This document shows, piece after piece, positions 1 to 9,974 of a stretch of DNA of 64,000 nucleotides; the stretch's first letter is position 1; every line of letters starts with the position of its first letter. Under the pieces are notes generated by a model. It had not been told where the DNA came from. It made no database searches and worked only from the letters and a program-made list of their open reading frames with translations. The stretch comes from Candidatus Marinacidobacterales bacterium (lineage in GTDB: Bacteria > Acidobacteriota > Vicinamibacteria > Marinacidobacterales > SMYC01), in NCBI GenBank assembly GCA_965224085.1, contig CBDCYI010000004.1:1568001-1632000 (forward strand). The letters are read 5' to 3'. The position numbers and the translations under genes are program-made.

Positions 1-383
1 GATACACGTACGAGCACACCCGCCGGTTCTGTGAAGCGGTCGCGATTCACATCGTCAAAGAGCACAAAGACATCGCGACGGTGGAGCGCGTCGTGAGCCG
101 CAGGCGCGGGAAGGTCTATATCGACTTCTTGCAAAACCGCAAAGGCCAGACGATCGTACCTGCGTACAGCGTGCGGCCGCGGCCGAAAGCGCCCGTTTCC
201 GCGCCACTCGATTGGGATGAGCTCGACCTCGATCTCGAACCGACTATGTTCAACATCAAGACGATGCTGCCGCGACTCAAAAAGGTCGGCGATCTCTTTC
301 AGGGAACGCTACGCGACCAGCAAGACTTACTGCCCGCAATCGAAGCGTTCCAGAAGCACTATTTGGACGAGCGCGACCACTAG
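1..383 (+). CDS. ligD: DNA ligase D primase-polymerase domain, C-terminal part (runs off window start)
   Basis: Frame is open from base 3; RRGKVYIDFLQNRKGQTIVPAYSVRPRPKAPVSAPLDWDEL is the typical LigD Pol-domain motif. Confidence 0.85.
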   Translation, partial: YTYEHTRRFCEAVAIHIVKEHKDIATVERVVSRRRGKVYIDFLQNRKGQTIVPAYSVRPRPKAPVSAPLDWDELDLDLEPTMFNIKTMLPRLKKVGDLFQGTLRDQQDLLPAIEAFQKHYLDERDH

Positions 384-389
384 GCTAGC

Positions 390-803
390 CTAGCCGTCTG
401 AAAGGTCGAGAACGTCGAGACCCAAATGTGTTCTCACCGCGCGCCCGAAACGGGCATCGGTAGTCAAAAGTCGAGCCTCGAGCTCTTCGGCAAGCGCGAC
501 ATAGGTCGCGTCGTAGGCTGTGAAATTCTCGCGCAATTGAAGAATTCTTCCAAGGAGCGCCGCATGGGCATACCGGGTCAGAGGAAGGTCGACGAGATCG
601 ATCGCGGCGTCCGAGGCGCGCCGTGCCGAGAGCACCCCGGCACGCATCGCGCGCCGCAAAACCGCCGCGATCTCAACATCACATAGCGCGGGAACGTGCA
701 AGTCGGCGTCGCGCTCTACGATGACCTGCGTCACCGCCGGCCCGACGGCAGTGCCAAGAAGATAGTCGGCCAACGCGGACGCATCGATGACTACGCGCGT
801 CAC
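390..803 (-). CDS. vapC: VapC PIN-domain toxin
   Basis: VVIDASA...VPALCDVE...TAYDATYVALAE...LLTTD PIN motifs; GTG start overlaps the antitoxin stop (GTGA). Confidence 0.9.
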   Translation of the reverse strand: MTRVVIDASALADYLLGTAVGPAVTQVIVERDADLHVPALCDVEIAAVLRRAMRAGVLSARRASDAAIDLVDLPLTRYAHAALLGRILQLRENFTAYDATYVALAEELEARLLTTDARFGRAVRTHLGLDVLDLSDG

Positions 804-1039
804 GAGCCGATGTGCTCGTTCCGCTCGTCGCGCAACCAATCCGCGGCCGAACGACCCAAGTCTACTCGAGGACGCTTGGCGATACGCTCGAAGACCTCAC
901 TCGCCTCAGGACGGCTCACCGCGCGTTCGAGAAGTTTCTGGACGAAGTCGGTCAGCGATTGACCCGCCGCTTTGGCTCGTTTCGTGAGCTCTCGATGCAG
1001 TCGATCCGGGACGTTGCGTACTTGGATCATCTTGGACAC
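800..1039 (-). CDS. vapB: FitA/VapB-like ribbon-helix-helix antitoxin
   Basis: MIQVRNVPDRLHRELTKRAKAAGQSL RHH signature, directly upstream of vapC. Confidence 0.85.
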   Translation of the reverse strand: MSKMIQVRNVPDRLHRELTKRAKAAGQSLTDFVQKLLERAVSRPEASEVFERIAKRPRVDLGRSAADWLRDERNEHIGS

Positions 1040-1045
1040 ATCTCC

Positions 1046-1074
1046 AGCATGGCACATGTGTACCACATGTGCAA
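1046..1074 (-). promoter_or_regulatory. vapBC promoter with palindromic autoregulatory operator
   Basis: TTGCAC-N17-CATGCT on the minus strand overlapping the inverted repeat GCACATGTG-tac-CACATGTGC (1052-1072). Confidence 0.7.
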
Positions 1075-1078
1075 ATGA

Positions 1079-1714
1079 TTACGGATAAAACGGTGCGAGT
1101 TTTTCGTAGATGGCCGCGGTGGCGCGGCAGTCTTGAAGGCAATAGCGCACGATTTCGTCCAGCCGGCCGTCCTCATAGGCCTGGCCGACGGAAGCGCCAT
1201 CCATCTTCGACTTCGGCGACGCTACGCCAAAGACGGCACAAAAATAGTCGAGGCTTCCGCGGCGTCGGCGGTCGTTCCCCTCGAGCGCTTCACGCAGATC
1301 GAAATGGGGGTAGGTGGTGAGCGGCTCCGACGGGATCACGACCCGCGGTCTCAGATCGTGAATGGCGCTGCGGACGTTGAGATAGGGGATGTCGAACCGC
1401 TTTCCGTTGAAGGTCACATAGCGCTCCGGCTCGTTTGCCGACAGCCAGTCCCAGAAGCTCGTGAGCAGAGCGGGCTCATCCCCCTCCCAGAAAATATGCT
1501 CCGCCTCTCCGTCCGTGTCCACGAGCCCGATCACGATCACGCGCCCCGTGGTCGGGTCGAGCCCGAAGCGCGACACCAAGTCCTCGCGGCGCTTCTCGAG
1601 CTCTTCGGGCTCCGGGTTGTCGCGCTCGAGACTTCGAAATAAATAGTCTCGCGCGCGCTCGGGGACCGCGTCGATCGATTGACCGACGGTCTCGATGTCG
1701 AGGACTAGCGCCAT
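1079..1714 (-). CDS. PolB-like 3'-5' exonuclease (RNase H-like domain protein)
   Basis: LVLDIET, TFNGKRFDIPYL and YCLQDC match DEDDy ExoI-III motifs; ATG overlaps the upstream stop codon. Confidence 0.85.
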   Translation of the reverse strand: MALVLDIETVGQSIDAVPERARDYLFRSLERDNPEPEELEKRREDLVSRFGLDPTTGRVIVIGLVDTDGEAEHIFWEGDEPALLTSFWDWLSANEPERYVTFNGKRFDIPYLNVRSAIHDLRPRVVIPSEPLTTYPHFDLREALEGNDRRRRGSLDYFCAVFGVASPKSKMDGASVGQAYEDGRLDEIVRYCLQDCRATAAIYEKLAPFYP

Positions 1715-4545
1715 TAATCGAGCCCCGCCGCAAGCGCCGCGATCTGCGCCGGGTGGTAGGCGCTTCGCCCGGTAGCGTCCGTAATTTGATGTCGGCACGA
1801 CGTGCCGGGCGCGACGAGGACCGTGTCGAGAGGCGCATCCCGAACCGCCGGCAGGAGACGCCGCTCCGCCATCTGAAGAGAGATATCGAAATGCTCTTGC
1901 TCGTAGCCGAACGAGCCCGCCATCCCGCAGCAACCCGCGTCGATGAATTGAACGTCGCTCCCCATCTTTTTGAAAAAAGCCATGAGAGGCTCGATGCCCA
2001 CGATCGCCTTCAAGTGACAATGGCCGTGCAGAAGAAGATTCGCAGGCGCTTCGGGGAAATCGAGCTCGAGGCCGTCGAGCTCCTCGAGCAGGAAGCTGTG
2101 CTCAGCGAGTCTCTTCGCGTCGTCGCCGGGAACGAGATCCGGATACTCGTCGCGGAAGCTGAGGATACAGGACGGTTCGAGACCGACGATGGGGACGCCG
2201 TCGCGCGCGAACGCAGACAGCACGTGGACGTTTTCGGTCGCGAGCGAGCGCGCGCGCTCGAGCATCCCTTTCGAGATCGCCGGCCTCCCGCAGCAGACTT
2301 TCTTCGCGAGCATCACTTCGAACCCGCCTGCTTCGAGCACGGCAACGGCCGCTTTGCCGATTTCGGGCTCATGGAAGTTCATAAAGGTGTCGTGAAACAA
2401 AACGACCTTCTGTGTCGCTCGGCAGGGGGCGCGGCGGGCGAACCACGCCTCGAAGGTCTCGGCAGCGAACGGCGGAAGGCTTCGCCGGCGATCGATCCCC
2501 GTGATCGATTCGAGCAGGCCGCGAAACCAACTTTGGCGGATGAGCCAGTTCGCGATCGGGCGAGTGGCGACCCCGAAACGCCCAGCCACATCTGGACGGG
2601 TGAAGAGACGATCCCGCATCGGGTAAGGCCGATCGCGATGGTAGAGCGCGAGATACTCTGATTTGATCTTCGCCATGTCGACGTTTGATGGACATTCCGC
2701 TTTGCAGCCTTTGCAGGAGATGCAGAGGTCCATCACTTCGTGAAGGCGATCGCTCGCGAAGTCTTGCGGGGGCAAACGGCCGTCGAGAACCGCGCGGAGC
2801 GCATTGGCGCGGCCCCGCGTCGAGTGCTCCTCGTCGCGCGTCACCATGAATGAAGGACACATCGTGCCTTCGAGACTCTTCCGGCAGACGCCGGCACCGT
2901 TACAAAGCTCGATGGCGCGGGCGAAGCCGCCTTCGTGCGTATAGGGAAAATAGGTTTTTGGCTCAAGCGCCCTGTACGCCTCGCCGTAGCGCAAATCTTC
3001 GTCCATCGCGGGCGCGTCGACGACTTTCCCGGGATTCATGAGGCCTTTGGGATCGAAGGCGGCTTTGAGCTCTTTGAACGCACTATAGATCTGCTCGCCG
3101 AAAAGACGCTCGTTGAAGTGGCTGCGTGCGAGCCCGTCGCCATGCTCGCCGCTCATTGAGCCCCCGTACTCGACGACGAGATCGAAGACCTCTTCCGCGA
3201 TGGTGGTCATTTTGGTCACTTCGGCGCCCTCTTTGAGATTGATGAGCGGGCGGATGTGCAGACACCCCGCCCCCGCATGGGCATAGAACGAGCCGACCGT
3301 TCCGTGACGGCCGAGAATCTCTTCGAAACGGCGGATGAAATCTGGAACACGCTCGGGCGCGACCGCCGTGTCTTCGACAAACGCGATGGGCTTGCGATCG
3401 CCGGGAAGGCCGAGAAGAAGGGGAAGCGCCGCCTTGCGGACCTTCCAGACATTGGCCTGGGCTGCGGCATCAACAACGCGCACCATCGGCTTCGCCGACG
3501 CGCCGATGCGAGCTTCGAGCGCGTCGAGCTTCGACAAGACTTCCTTCTCGCTCTCACCCGAGAACTCGACGATCATGAGCGCTTTGGGCTCGCCCTGAAC
3601 GAAGTGCATGCGGCGCGAATATTCGAGCGATTTTCGCGCGAGGTCCATGACCATTTCATCGACGAGCTCGACCGCGGAAGGCTCGAGCTCTAGAATCTCG
3701 GTGCCGCACTCGAGTGCGGGGAGCAGCCCGTCGAAGTGGAGCACCGCGAGCGCCACGGCCGGAGGCAGTGGGACAAGGTTGATTTTCGCTTCGACGACCG
3801 TCGCGAGCGTCCCCTCGGAGCCCACGACGACTTTGGCCAAGTTGACCACGTCGGGATGCAAGAGCTCGTCGAGGTTGTAACCGCTCACACGCCTCGGAAT
3901 CTTCGGGTAGCGGCGGTCGATCGCGTCGCGATGTTTACCGGCAAGCGCCACCGCCTTCCGGTAAATGGCGGCCTCGAGCCCTTCCCCTTCGGTCTTCTTT
4001 GGAAGGTCGCTCCGCGGCACCGGGCCGAACGTGACCGGGGTTCCGTCCGAGAGGATGGCTTTGACTTCCAAAACGTTCTCGACGGTCTTCCCGTAAATGA
4101 GAGAGCGAGCCCCGGCCGAGTTGTTCCCGACCATGCCACCAAGGTTGGCGCGATTGCTCGTCGCCGTCTCGGGACCGAAGCGCAGCCCATGAGGCTTCAG
4201 GTGTGCGCCGAGAACGTCGTGGATGATCCCCGGCTGTACCCGGGCCCAATACTCTTCGGGACAGATTTCGACGACGTCCCGCATGAACTTGGAGTGATCG
4301 AGGATGAGCGCCTCGCCGACGGCTTGGCCCGCGAGCGACGTCCCCGCGCCGCGCGGAAGGATGGGGACGCCCTCGCGCGCGGCAATGCGGACCGCACGCT
4401 CGACGTCGCCGGCGTGCCGCGGCACGACGACGCCAATCGGCTCCTTCTGGTAAATGCTCGCATCCGTGGAATAGAGTATTTTCGTGTAGCGATCGAAGCG
4501 GACTTCACCTTCGATATGCTCCCGGAGCTCTTCGGCCAGACCCAT
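1714..4545 (-). CDS. FAD-binding and Fe-S-binding oxidoreductase (GlcD-GlcF fusion, YdiJ-like D-2-hydroxyacid dehydrogenase)
   Basis: PRGAGTSLAGQ, GSEGTLA, SGEHGDG, CNGAGVC, CISCKGCKAECP and CCG domains. Confidence 0.9.
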   Translation of the reverse strand: MGLAEELREHIEGEVRFDRYTKILYSTDASIYQKEPIGVVVPRHAGDVERAVRIAAREGVPILPRGAGTSLAGQAVGEALILDHSKFMRDVVEICPEEYWARVQPGIIHDVLGAHLKPHGLRFGPETATSNRANLGGMVGNNSAGARSLIYGKTVENVLEVKAILSDGTPVTFGPVPRSDLPKKTEGEGLEAAIYRKAVALAGKHRDAIDRRYPKIPRRVSGYNLDELLHPDVVNLAKVVVGSEGTLATVVEAKINLVPLPPAVALAVLHFDGLLPALECGTEILELEPSAVELVDEMVMDLARKSLEYSRRMHFVQGEPKALMIVEFSGESEKEVLSKLDALEARIGASAKPMVRVVDAAAQANVWKVRKAALPLLLGLPGDRKPIAFVEDTAVAPERVPDFIRRFEEILGRHGTVGSFYAHAGAGCLHIRPLINLKEGAEVTKMTTIAEEVFDLVVEYGGSMSGEHGDGLARSHFNERLFGEQIYSAFKELKAAFDPKGLMNPGKVVDAPAMDEDLRYGEAYRALEPKTYFPYTHEGGFARAIELCNGAGVCRKSLEGTMCPSFMVTRDEEHSTRGRANALRAVLDGRLPPQDFASDRLHEVMDLCISCKGCKAECPSNVDMAKIKSEYLALYHRDRPYPMRDRLFTRPDVAGRFGVATRPIANWLIRQSWFRGLLESITGIDRRRSLPPFAAETFEAWFARRAPCRATQKVVLFHDTFMNFHEPEIGKAAVAVLEAGGFEVMLAKKVCCGRPAISKGMLERARSLATENVHVLSAFARDGVPIVGLEPSCILSFRDEYPDLVPGDDAKRLAEHSFLLEELDGLELDFPEAPANLLLHGHCHLKAIVGIEPLMAFFKKMGSDVQFIDAGCCGMAGSFGYEQEHFDISLQMAERRLLPAVRDAPLDTVLVAPGTSCRHQITDATGRSAYHPAQIAALAAGLD

Positions 4546-4583
4546 GGCGGCCGATTCTACCATTGTGCTAGATTTGGGCCCCC

Positions 4584-5588
4584 GTGAAACGCTTCTTCGG
4601 TCTTCTTGGTGCTCCGTGCGCGCTCTGCACCCTGCTAGTGCTACTCGTGCTCACACTCTCCTGCGGCGGAGCGGAAAACGGCAAGCTCGTCATCCGCCTG
4701 GGACATATCGGCTTTCCCGAGTCCCCCTTCGACCGAGCCTCGCGGAAATTCAAAGAACTCCTCGAAGCGCGCTTTCCCGAGCGCGTCGAAGTACGCATCT
4801 TCGGCTCCGGCCAGCTCGGTGAAGATAAAGAAATGCTCGAAGGGCTGCGCCTGGGGACACTCGAGATGCACGTGCCCTCGTCGGTCCTGCATTCCGTCGA
4901 GCCCATGTTCGGTGTTTTCGACCTACCGTTTCTCGTACAGGATCGCGGCCAGATCGAGCGCATCGCGGACGGCCCCACGAGTGAAAGCCTCAAAGAGAAG
5001 CTCCTCGATCACGAACTTGTTCTTCTCGGTTTCTGGGAGAACGGCTTTCGGATGATCACGAACAACGTGCGGCCGGTCGTGCGACCTGAAGATCTGGCCG
5101 GCATCAAGATCCGAACCCCCAAGGACCCCGAGCGGGTGAAGCTCTTCAAAGCGTTCGGAGCCAACCCGACCTCGATGAGCTTCGGCGAAGTGTTCTCGGC
5201 GCTCAAGCAAGGCGTCATCGACGGTCAGGAGAACCCGTTCTCGCAAATCGTCCCCGCGCGCTTTCACGAAGTACAGAAATATCTCTCGGTCTCGCGGCAC
5301 GTATACTCGCCGGCCTACCCGCTGATGAGCCAATCATTTTTCGCGGCTCTCGACGACGACATAAAAGACGCGATTCGGGAGGTCGCCGAGGAAGTCGGAC
5401 GCTTCCATCGCGAGCTCGGCAAAAAGGAAGACGCTCGCTATCGCATCATGCTCGAAGACGAGCTCGAGATTACAGAGATCGACTTCGAAGCCTTCGCCGC
5501 CAAAGCAGGGCCCCTCTACGAAGCGTTCAACGAGCACTACGGCCCCGCGCTCGTCGAGACGATCCAGTCCTACCGAAGTCAAGAATAG
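4584..5588 (+). CDS. dctP: TRAP transporter substrate-binding lipoprotein DctP
   Basis: Lipobox LSC; ENGFRMIT, GIKIRTP, GVIDGQENP motifs. Confidence 0.92.
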   Translation: MKRFFGLLGAPCALCTLLVLLVLTLSCGGAENGKLVIRLGHIGFPESPFDRASRKFKELLEARFPERVEVRIFGSGQLGEDKEMLEGLRLGTLEMHVPSSVLHSVEPMFGVFDLPFLVQDRGQIERIADGPTSESLKEKLLDHELVLLGFWENGFRMITNNVRPVVRPEDLAGIKIRTPKDPERVKLFKAFGANPTSMSFGEVFSALKQGVIDGQENPFSQIVPARFHEVQKYLSVSRHVYSPAYPLMSQSFFAALDDDIKDAIREVAEEVGRFHRELGKKEDARYRIMLEDELEITEIDFEAFAAKAGPLYEAFNEHYGPALVETIQSYRSQE

Positions 5589-6080
5589 GTGCTGGTGACT
5601 TTTCTCAGCACCCTGCCAGACCGCGTCGAGAATATTCTTCGCTCCGTCCTCTCCGCCGCCGTCGCGCTCGTGCTCGCTGCCATCGCCGTCATCTGTTTTC
5701 TCGAAGTGGTGCGTCGTCCCTTTGGCGGAAGCTTCGTTTGGTATGACGAGTTCGTCGGCTACCTGCTCGTGTGGTTGACCTTTCTCGCGGCGGTCCTTGC
5801 CCGATCGCACCACCAGCACATTGGAGTCGACAACGTTCTCGAGAAAGTCTCGGCAGGCGCCCGACGCGCCATCGAGCTCGTGGGCCACGCGATCATGATC
5901 GCCGTGCACATCGTGCTCTTCCTCTATGGCGCAGAGCTCGTCTCTCGCTTCCTGACCGAGCGTGCGATCACCGTGGATATCCCGGTAGGGCTCATCTACG
6001 CGATCATCCCGCTATCGGCGGCGCTGATGTTGATCGTGGAAATCATCCATGTCGCTCGGCTTGTGAGCTCAAGAGAGTAG
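5589..6080 (+). CDS. dctQ: TRAP transporter small permease DctQ
   Basis: Four hydrophobic segments, WYDEFVGYLLVWLTFL and HIGVD; lies between dctP and dctM. Confidence 0.88.
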   Translation: MLVTFLSTLPDRVENILRSVLSAAVALVLAAIAVICFLEVVRRPFGGSFVWYDEFVGYLLVWLTFLAAVLARSHHQHIGVDNVLEKVSAGARRAIELVGHAIMIAVHIVLFLYGAELVSRFLTERAITVDIPVGLIYAIIPLSAALMLIVEIIHVARLVSSRE

Positions 6081-6087
6081 CCAGGCC

Positions 6088-7371
6088 ATGGAGTTTCTTC
6101 TTCTCCCGCTACTCCTCGTTCTCATCGCCATCGGGGTTCCGATCGGCTACGCGCTCATCGCTGCAGGTATCGTCATCATCGCGCTCACGACCTCGACGCC
6201 GCTCGTCGTCGTAGCACAGCGTCTATTCAACGGGTCCGACAGCTTTCCGATGGTCGCCGTGCCGCTCTTCATCCTCGCGGGTGCCCTGATGAACCACGCG
6301 GGCATCTCCCGGCGACTCGTGGATTTCGCCGCGAGCCTCGTTGGCTTCGTCCGAGGGGGGCTCGCGATGACGACAACACTCTCGAGCATGTTCTTCTCCG
6401 AAGTCTCGGGCTCCGCGGTCGCGGATGCTGCTGCTCTCGGAAGTGTCCTCATCCCGGCGATGAAAGAGCGCGGCTACCCCGCACGCTTCGCCGCTGCCGT
6501 TTTGTCCTCATCGGCGACGATCGCTATCATCATCCCGCCATCCATTCCAATGATCCTCTTCGGCGCCATCACCGGAGCGTCGATCGTCAAGCTCTTCATG
6601 GCCGGTGTCGTCCCCGGCATACTCGCCGGGCTCGCCATCATGGGAACGAGCTACTGGCTCGCCCGGCGCGGCGGCTTCGCCGAATCCGAGCCCTTCGATA
6701 TCAAAAAAGTGGGGAAAGGCTTTCGCCGCGGGTTTTGGGCGCTCAGCCTCCCTATCGTCATTCTTGGTGGCATCTTCGCCGGCATCTTCACGGCCACGGA
6801 AGCCGCCGCGGTCGCTGTGTTTCTGGCCCTGAGCCTCGGACTGTTCGCCTATCGGGGCATGAAGCCAAACGCCCTCTGGACGATCCTGGTCGACTCCGCG
6901 CGTCAAACCGCGGTGGTCATGATCCTGGTGGCGGGCTCCGCCGTGCTCGGCTGGTACCTCGCGAACCAACAAGTCCCGGCGCGGCTCGCGACGTTCATCC
7001 TTACAAACGTCACCGGAAACGTCATGGCGCTTCTACTCATCGACGCCATCCTGCTCGCGGCGGGGATGATCCTGCATAGCGCGGCAGCCATCGTGCTGCT
7101 CGTTCCCATCCTGCTGCCATTGACGACAGAACTCGGCCTCGACCCCATCCACTTTGGATTGATGGTGACGGTGAGCCTCGCCATCGGGCAGCAAACCCCT
7201 CCCGTCGCGTCGGTCTTGATCACGACGTGCTCCATCGCCGATGTCCCGATGTGGGACGTGATGCGGGTGAACATCTACTTCATCCTCGCGCTCGCGGTCG
7301 TGCTGCTGCTCGTGACGTTTTTTCCGGGCTTGAGCCTCTTTTTGCCGGAGCTTTTGTCGGCCAAGCCCTAG
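6088..7371 (+). CDS. dctM: TRAP transporter large permease DctM
   Basis: AVPLFILAG, SGSAVADAAA, IIPPSIP, FTATEAAA, DPIHFG, TPPV motifs. Confidence 0.93.
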   Translation: MEFLLLPLLLVLIAIGVPIGYALIAAGIVIIALTTSTPLVVVAQRLFNGSDSFPMVAVPLFILAGALMNHAGISRRLVDFAASLVGFVRGGLAMTTTLSSMFFSEVSGSAVADAAALGSVLIPAMKERGYPARFAAAVLSSSATIAIIIPPSIPMILFGAITGASIVKLFMAGVVPGILAGLAIMGTSYWLARRGGFAESEPFDIKKVGKGFRRGFWALSLPIVILGGIFAGIFTATEAAAVAVFLALSLGLFAYRGMKPNALWTILVDSARQTAVVMILVAGSAVLGWYLANQQVPARLATFILTNVTGNVMALLLIDAILLAAGMILHSAAAIVLLVPILLPLTTELGLDPIHFGLMVTVSLAIGQQTPPVASVLITTCSIADVPMWDVMRVNIYFILALAVVLLLVTFFPGLSLFLPELLSAKP

Positions 7372-7372
7372 C

Positions 7373-7663
7373 TTAGCTGCTACGCGCCCGCGCGAGCTGA
7401 ACGACCGTCGCGCCCCAGCCGCCGCGGTCCGGCGTGGCTTCCTCGAAAGCCTCGACGAGCTCGCTCTTCTCGAGGACACTTCGCACCCGTTGTTTCTGAA
7501 CGCCTTTGCCACGGCCGTGGATGATCCGCACCTCTTCGAATCCCGCTTCCCGCGCCGCTTCCAGATAGGACGCCACCACATCGGCGATGTCCCGGGGCGC
7601 GAACGTATGAAGATCGATGCTGTCCTCAATGGGGTGCTCGACCGGTCGTTCGTCTTCAGTCAT
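7373..7663 (-). CDS. Smr/MutS2 C-terminal domain protein
   Basis: IDLHTF, IIHGRGKG, GGWGAT motifs. Confidence 0.9.
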   Translation of the reverse strand: MTEDERPVEHPIEDSIDLHTFAPRDIADVVASYLEAAREAGFEEVRIIHGRGKGVQKQRVRSVLEKSELVEAFEEATPDRGGWGATVVQLARARSS

Positions 7664-7669
7664 CGTGCG

Positions 7670-7767
7670 TGGCGGAAGTGTGTGGGAATCGAACCCACCG
7701 TCCCCGGGATTAACCGAGGACCATCGGATTTGAAGTCCGAGGAGGCCACCAGACCCCAGTCACTTCC
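7670..7767 (-). tRNA. selC: tRNA-Sec (anticodon UCA)
   Basis: GGAAGTGA...TCGGA-CTTCAAA-TCCGA, 6-bp D-stem, long variable arm, GTGGG-TTCGATT-CCCAC, ends GCCA. Confidence 0.92.
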
Positions 7768-7779
7768 AGATGAATGGAT
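7726..7779 (-). repeat. 54-bp att core (5' half of tRNA-Sec plus 12 nt of leader), copy 1
   Basis: Exact reverse complement of 15079-15132. Confidence 0.9.
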
Positions 7780-7787
7780 ACAACTAC

Positions 7788-8275
7788 TTAGGATGCACTT
7801 ACCTTCTGCGTTTTGTTGAATTTCAACACCGTGTGACGTGTATGTGCCACCTCTGTGCATCCTTGATCCAGTAATGAGATCGCTTCTCTGGCGGCCACGT
7901 CGTGAGCATATCGCATAGTTGTCACGATGGTCGCATGCCCGGCCAGCGCCTGGACTGTGACTAGATCAACTCCTCGGGCAGCCAGACGGCTACAAAACGT
8001 ATGCCGACACGTGTGAAGTGTAACACCCTTGAGCTTCGCTCTTTGGGCTGCCTTGGCAAACGTCTTTGAGACTTGGGTGCCAAACCCAAAGACCCGGCCG
8101 TGGTCGTTCAGTTCCATTTCACTGAGCGCTTCCAGGACTGTTTTACACAGCGGCAAGCGCCGCGACTTCCCGCTCTTCGATCGCCGAACGACAAGCTGAG
8201 CATGCTCCTGATCCACGTCGCCGCAGTCAAGCCGCAACAACTCGCCTCTCCGGAGGCCTGTGTATAGCGCCATAA
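7788..8275 (-). pseudogene. Phage-type tyrosine integrase, C-terminal catalytic part, cut by IS6
   Basis: ALYTGLRRGELL, HTCRHTF, LAGHATIVTTMRYAH (R-HxxR-H-Y); abuts the IS6 right end at 8276. Confidence 0.9.
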
Positions 8276-9081
8276 GGTATTGTCAAGTTGACGTTGAGCG
8301 AGCGAACCTATTGCGTCGAGCTGATTTCCTTTGCTCTCATCGGACGGCACAGGTTACCTCCTGCCAGACGATGAAAGCGCGGTCTCGTAGCTCCCGATGA
8401 TGATGCGCTTGCAACAAATGCCGTCCGACGCGAAAGAGGTTTTGCACGAGTCCATGCACGGTCAAGAATCGTTGCGCCTGCCCAGGAGTTTTAAACTTCC
8501 GCATCTGTCGTTCCCGTTGTCGCGTCGGTTCGTGCGAGACTTCGGCTAGGTTGTTTCTGTACTGGTCAGTGTCGTGGACGACGGACGGCATGACCTCGCG
8601 GTGAGCGGCGCTGTAGCTTCTCAGTTTGTCGGTGACCAGCTGCCAGGGCGGACGGCCTTGCCCCTTCAACAGCTTGCGGAAGAATCGTTTGGCGGCTTTC
8701 TGATCACGGCGAGGCTGGACGAGGATATCAATCACATCACCATCTTGGTCTACCGCGCGCCAGAGGTATTGGCGTTCGCCTTGTATCTTTATGAAGACCT
8801 CGTCCAGGTGCCACGTGTCACCAAGGCGACCCTGCCAACGCTTCAGTCGCCGAGCGTATTCCGGCCCGAACTTGATGCACCAAAGTCGGATCGCTTCGTA
8901 GGAAACCGTGATGCCTCGCTGAGCAAGCAGCTCTTCGACGTTTCGAAAGCTCACGCAGAATCGGTGGTAGAGCCAGACGGCGTGGCTGATGATTTCCGGT
9001 GGAAATCGATAGCCGTGGTAGCTTGGCGCATCGGTCTTCATTGGACCATTCTGTCAGTCACCAGCTCAATTTTACAGTACC
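8276..9081 (-). mobile_element. IS6-family element, copy A (806 bp, uninterrupted IRL)
   Basis: IRs GGTATTGTCAAGTTGA / GGTACTGTAAAATTGA flanking an IS6 transposase. Confidence 0.93.
8337..9041 (-). CDS. IS6-family transposase
   Basis: GYRFPPEIISHAVWLY, WHLDEVF, LWRAVD, VTDKLRSY, NNLAEVSH DDE motifs. Confidence 0.95.
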   Translation of the reverse strand: MKTDAPSYHGYRFPPEIISHAVWLYHRFCVSFRNVEELLAQRGITVSYEAIRLWCIKFGPEYARRLKRWQGRLGDTWHLDEVFIKIQGERQYLWRAVDQDGDVIDILVQPRRDQKAAKRFFRKLLKGQGRPPWQLVTDKLRSYSAAHREVMPSVVHDTDQYRNNLAEVSHEPTRQRERQMRKFKTPGQAQRFLTVHGLVQNLFRVGRHLLQAHHHRELRDRAFIVWQEVTCAVR

Positions 9082-9757
9082 GGTGTCAGCTCTGGCCGAT
9101 GAGATGGGACTGTCGCTCTGTCCGACAAGCGATGCAACCCGCGATGAATCGCGGGCTCTTTTGCTCGTCAGCTCGCCGGCGACGACTTCGCCACTCTGCT
9201 CGTCGACACACAGATGGAGCTTGCGATAGTCCCTGCTATTTGGTGCTCTGCGCAGCTGGCCGGCGTGGACAGCGAGACCGCTGCTGTCGATCAAGATGTG
9301 CAACGGCGTCTTCTGCTTGTCTTGGTAGAAGGGGACCTTACCCAGCTTCGCCTTGCGCCTCGAGATCGTGGTGTGATCGGGCACATCATTGTCTAGCTTC
9401 ATCAGAGCGAACAACGATCGCAGCAATCCCTCGCTCTGCCTAGACGACAGATGAAAACACCATGCCCAGGGTGACAGCCGTCTCGATGGCGTGGTTCGAG
9501 TACTTGCGTTGACGGCCCGGTTTCCTCCTCCTTGGCCGGGGCGCGTCCCAGTTCACAAGCTTGCCGGCGGTGAGCGAGATCCAGACGGTCAGGCTCCCGC
9601 GGTTGCGTAGACCCGCCTCATATTCACGCCAATTCCTCACGCGATAGGCCTTCTTCACATACTTCCGCTGAGTGCGTTTGAAAATGCTCATGGGGAACCT
9701 CGTATCCGTGAGTACAGGACAATTGTGGACCGAGATCGCGAGTTGTGCACCAAGGCA
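9082..9757 (-). mobile_element. IS5-family (IS903-group-like) element, 5' part, frameshifted and truncated by IS6
   Basis: Near-identical to 26063-26736; TIR TGCCTTGGTGCACAACTC at 9757; extra T near 9455. Confidence 0.9.
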
Positions 9758-9974
9758 TCGAGAGCGCGGGAAAGCCCCACTCGCCAGCACCAACTTCGGG
9801 GGCTGTCCCTTGCCCTGCCATGTATCCGGAAGGGCAAAGGCAGGGTATCGGCAAAGGCCAGGGGGTGAACAACGAAGCAACACTGCTCGTCGGTCTGAGG
9901 CAAGCCCCGCTAGTCGGCCGGGGACACGAGCAATCCAGATTAGCGGTTCCCAGTTGTGGGATAATAGGAACTCC

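Noticed and set aside
1753-4587. Long antisense ORFs (e.g. 1753-2661, 3736-4587, 9624-10973, 40233-41582, 45363-46499, 57556-58644)
   Set aside because: These are shadow frames of well-supported genes in high-GC DNA, with no recognisable motifs.
9672-9974. N-terminal extensions in the ORF track (also 1715-2020, 29985-30065, 50294-50824, 53050-53361, 54794-55102)
   Set aside because: They overlap IS ends, RNA genes or upstream genes; homology starts at the later start codons.
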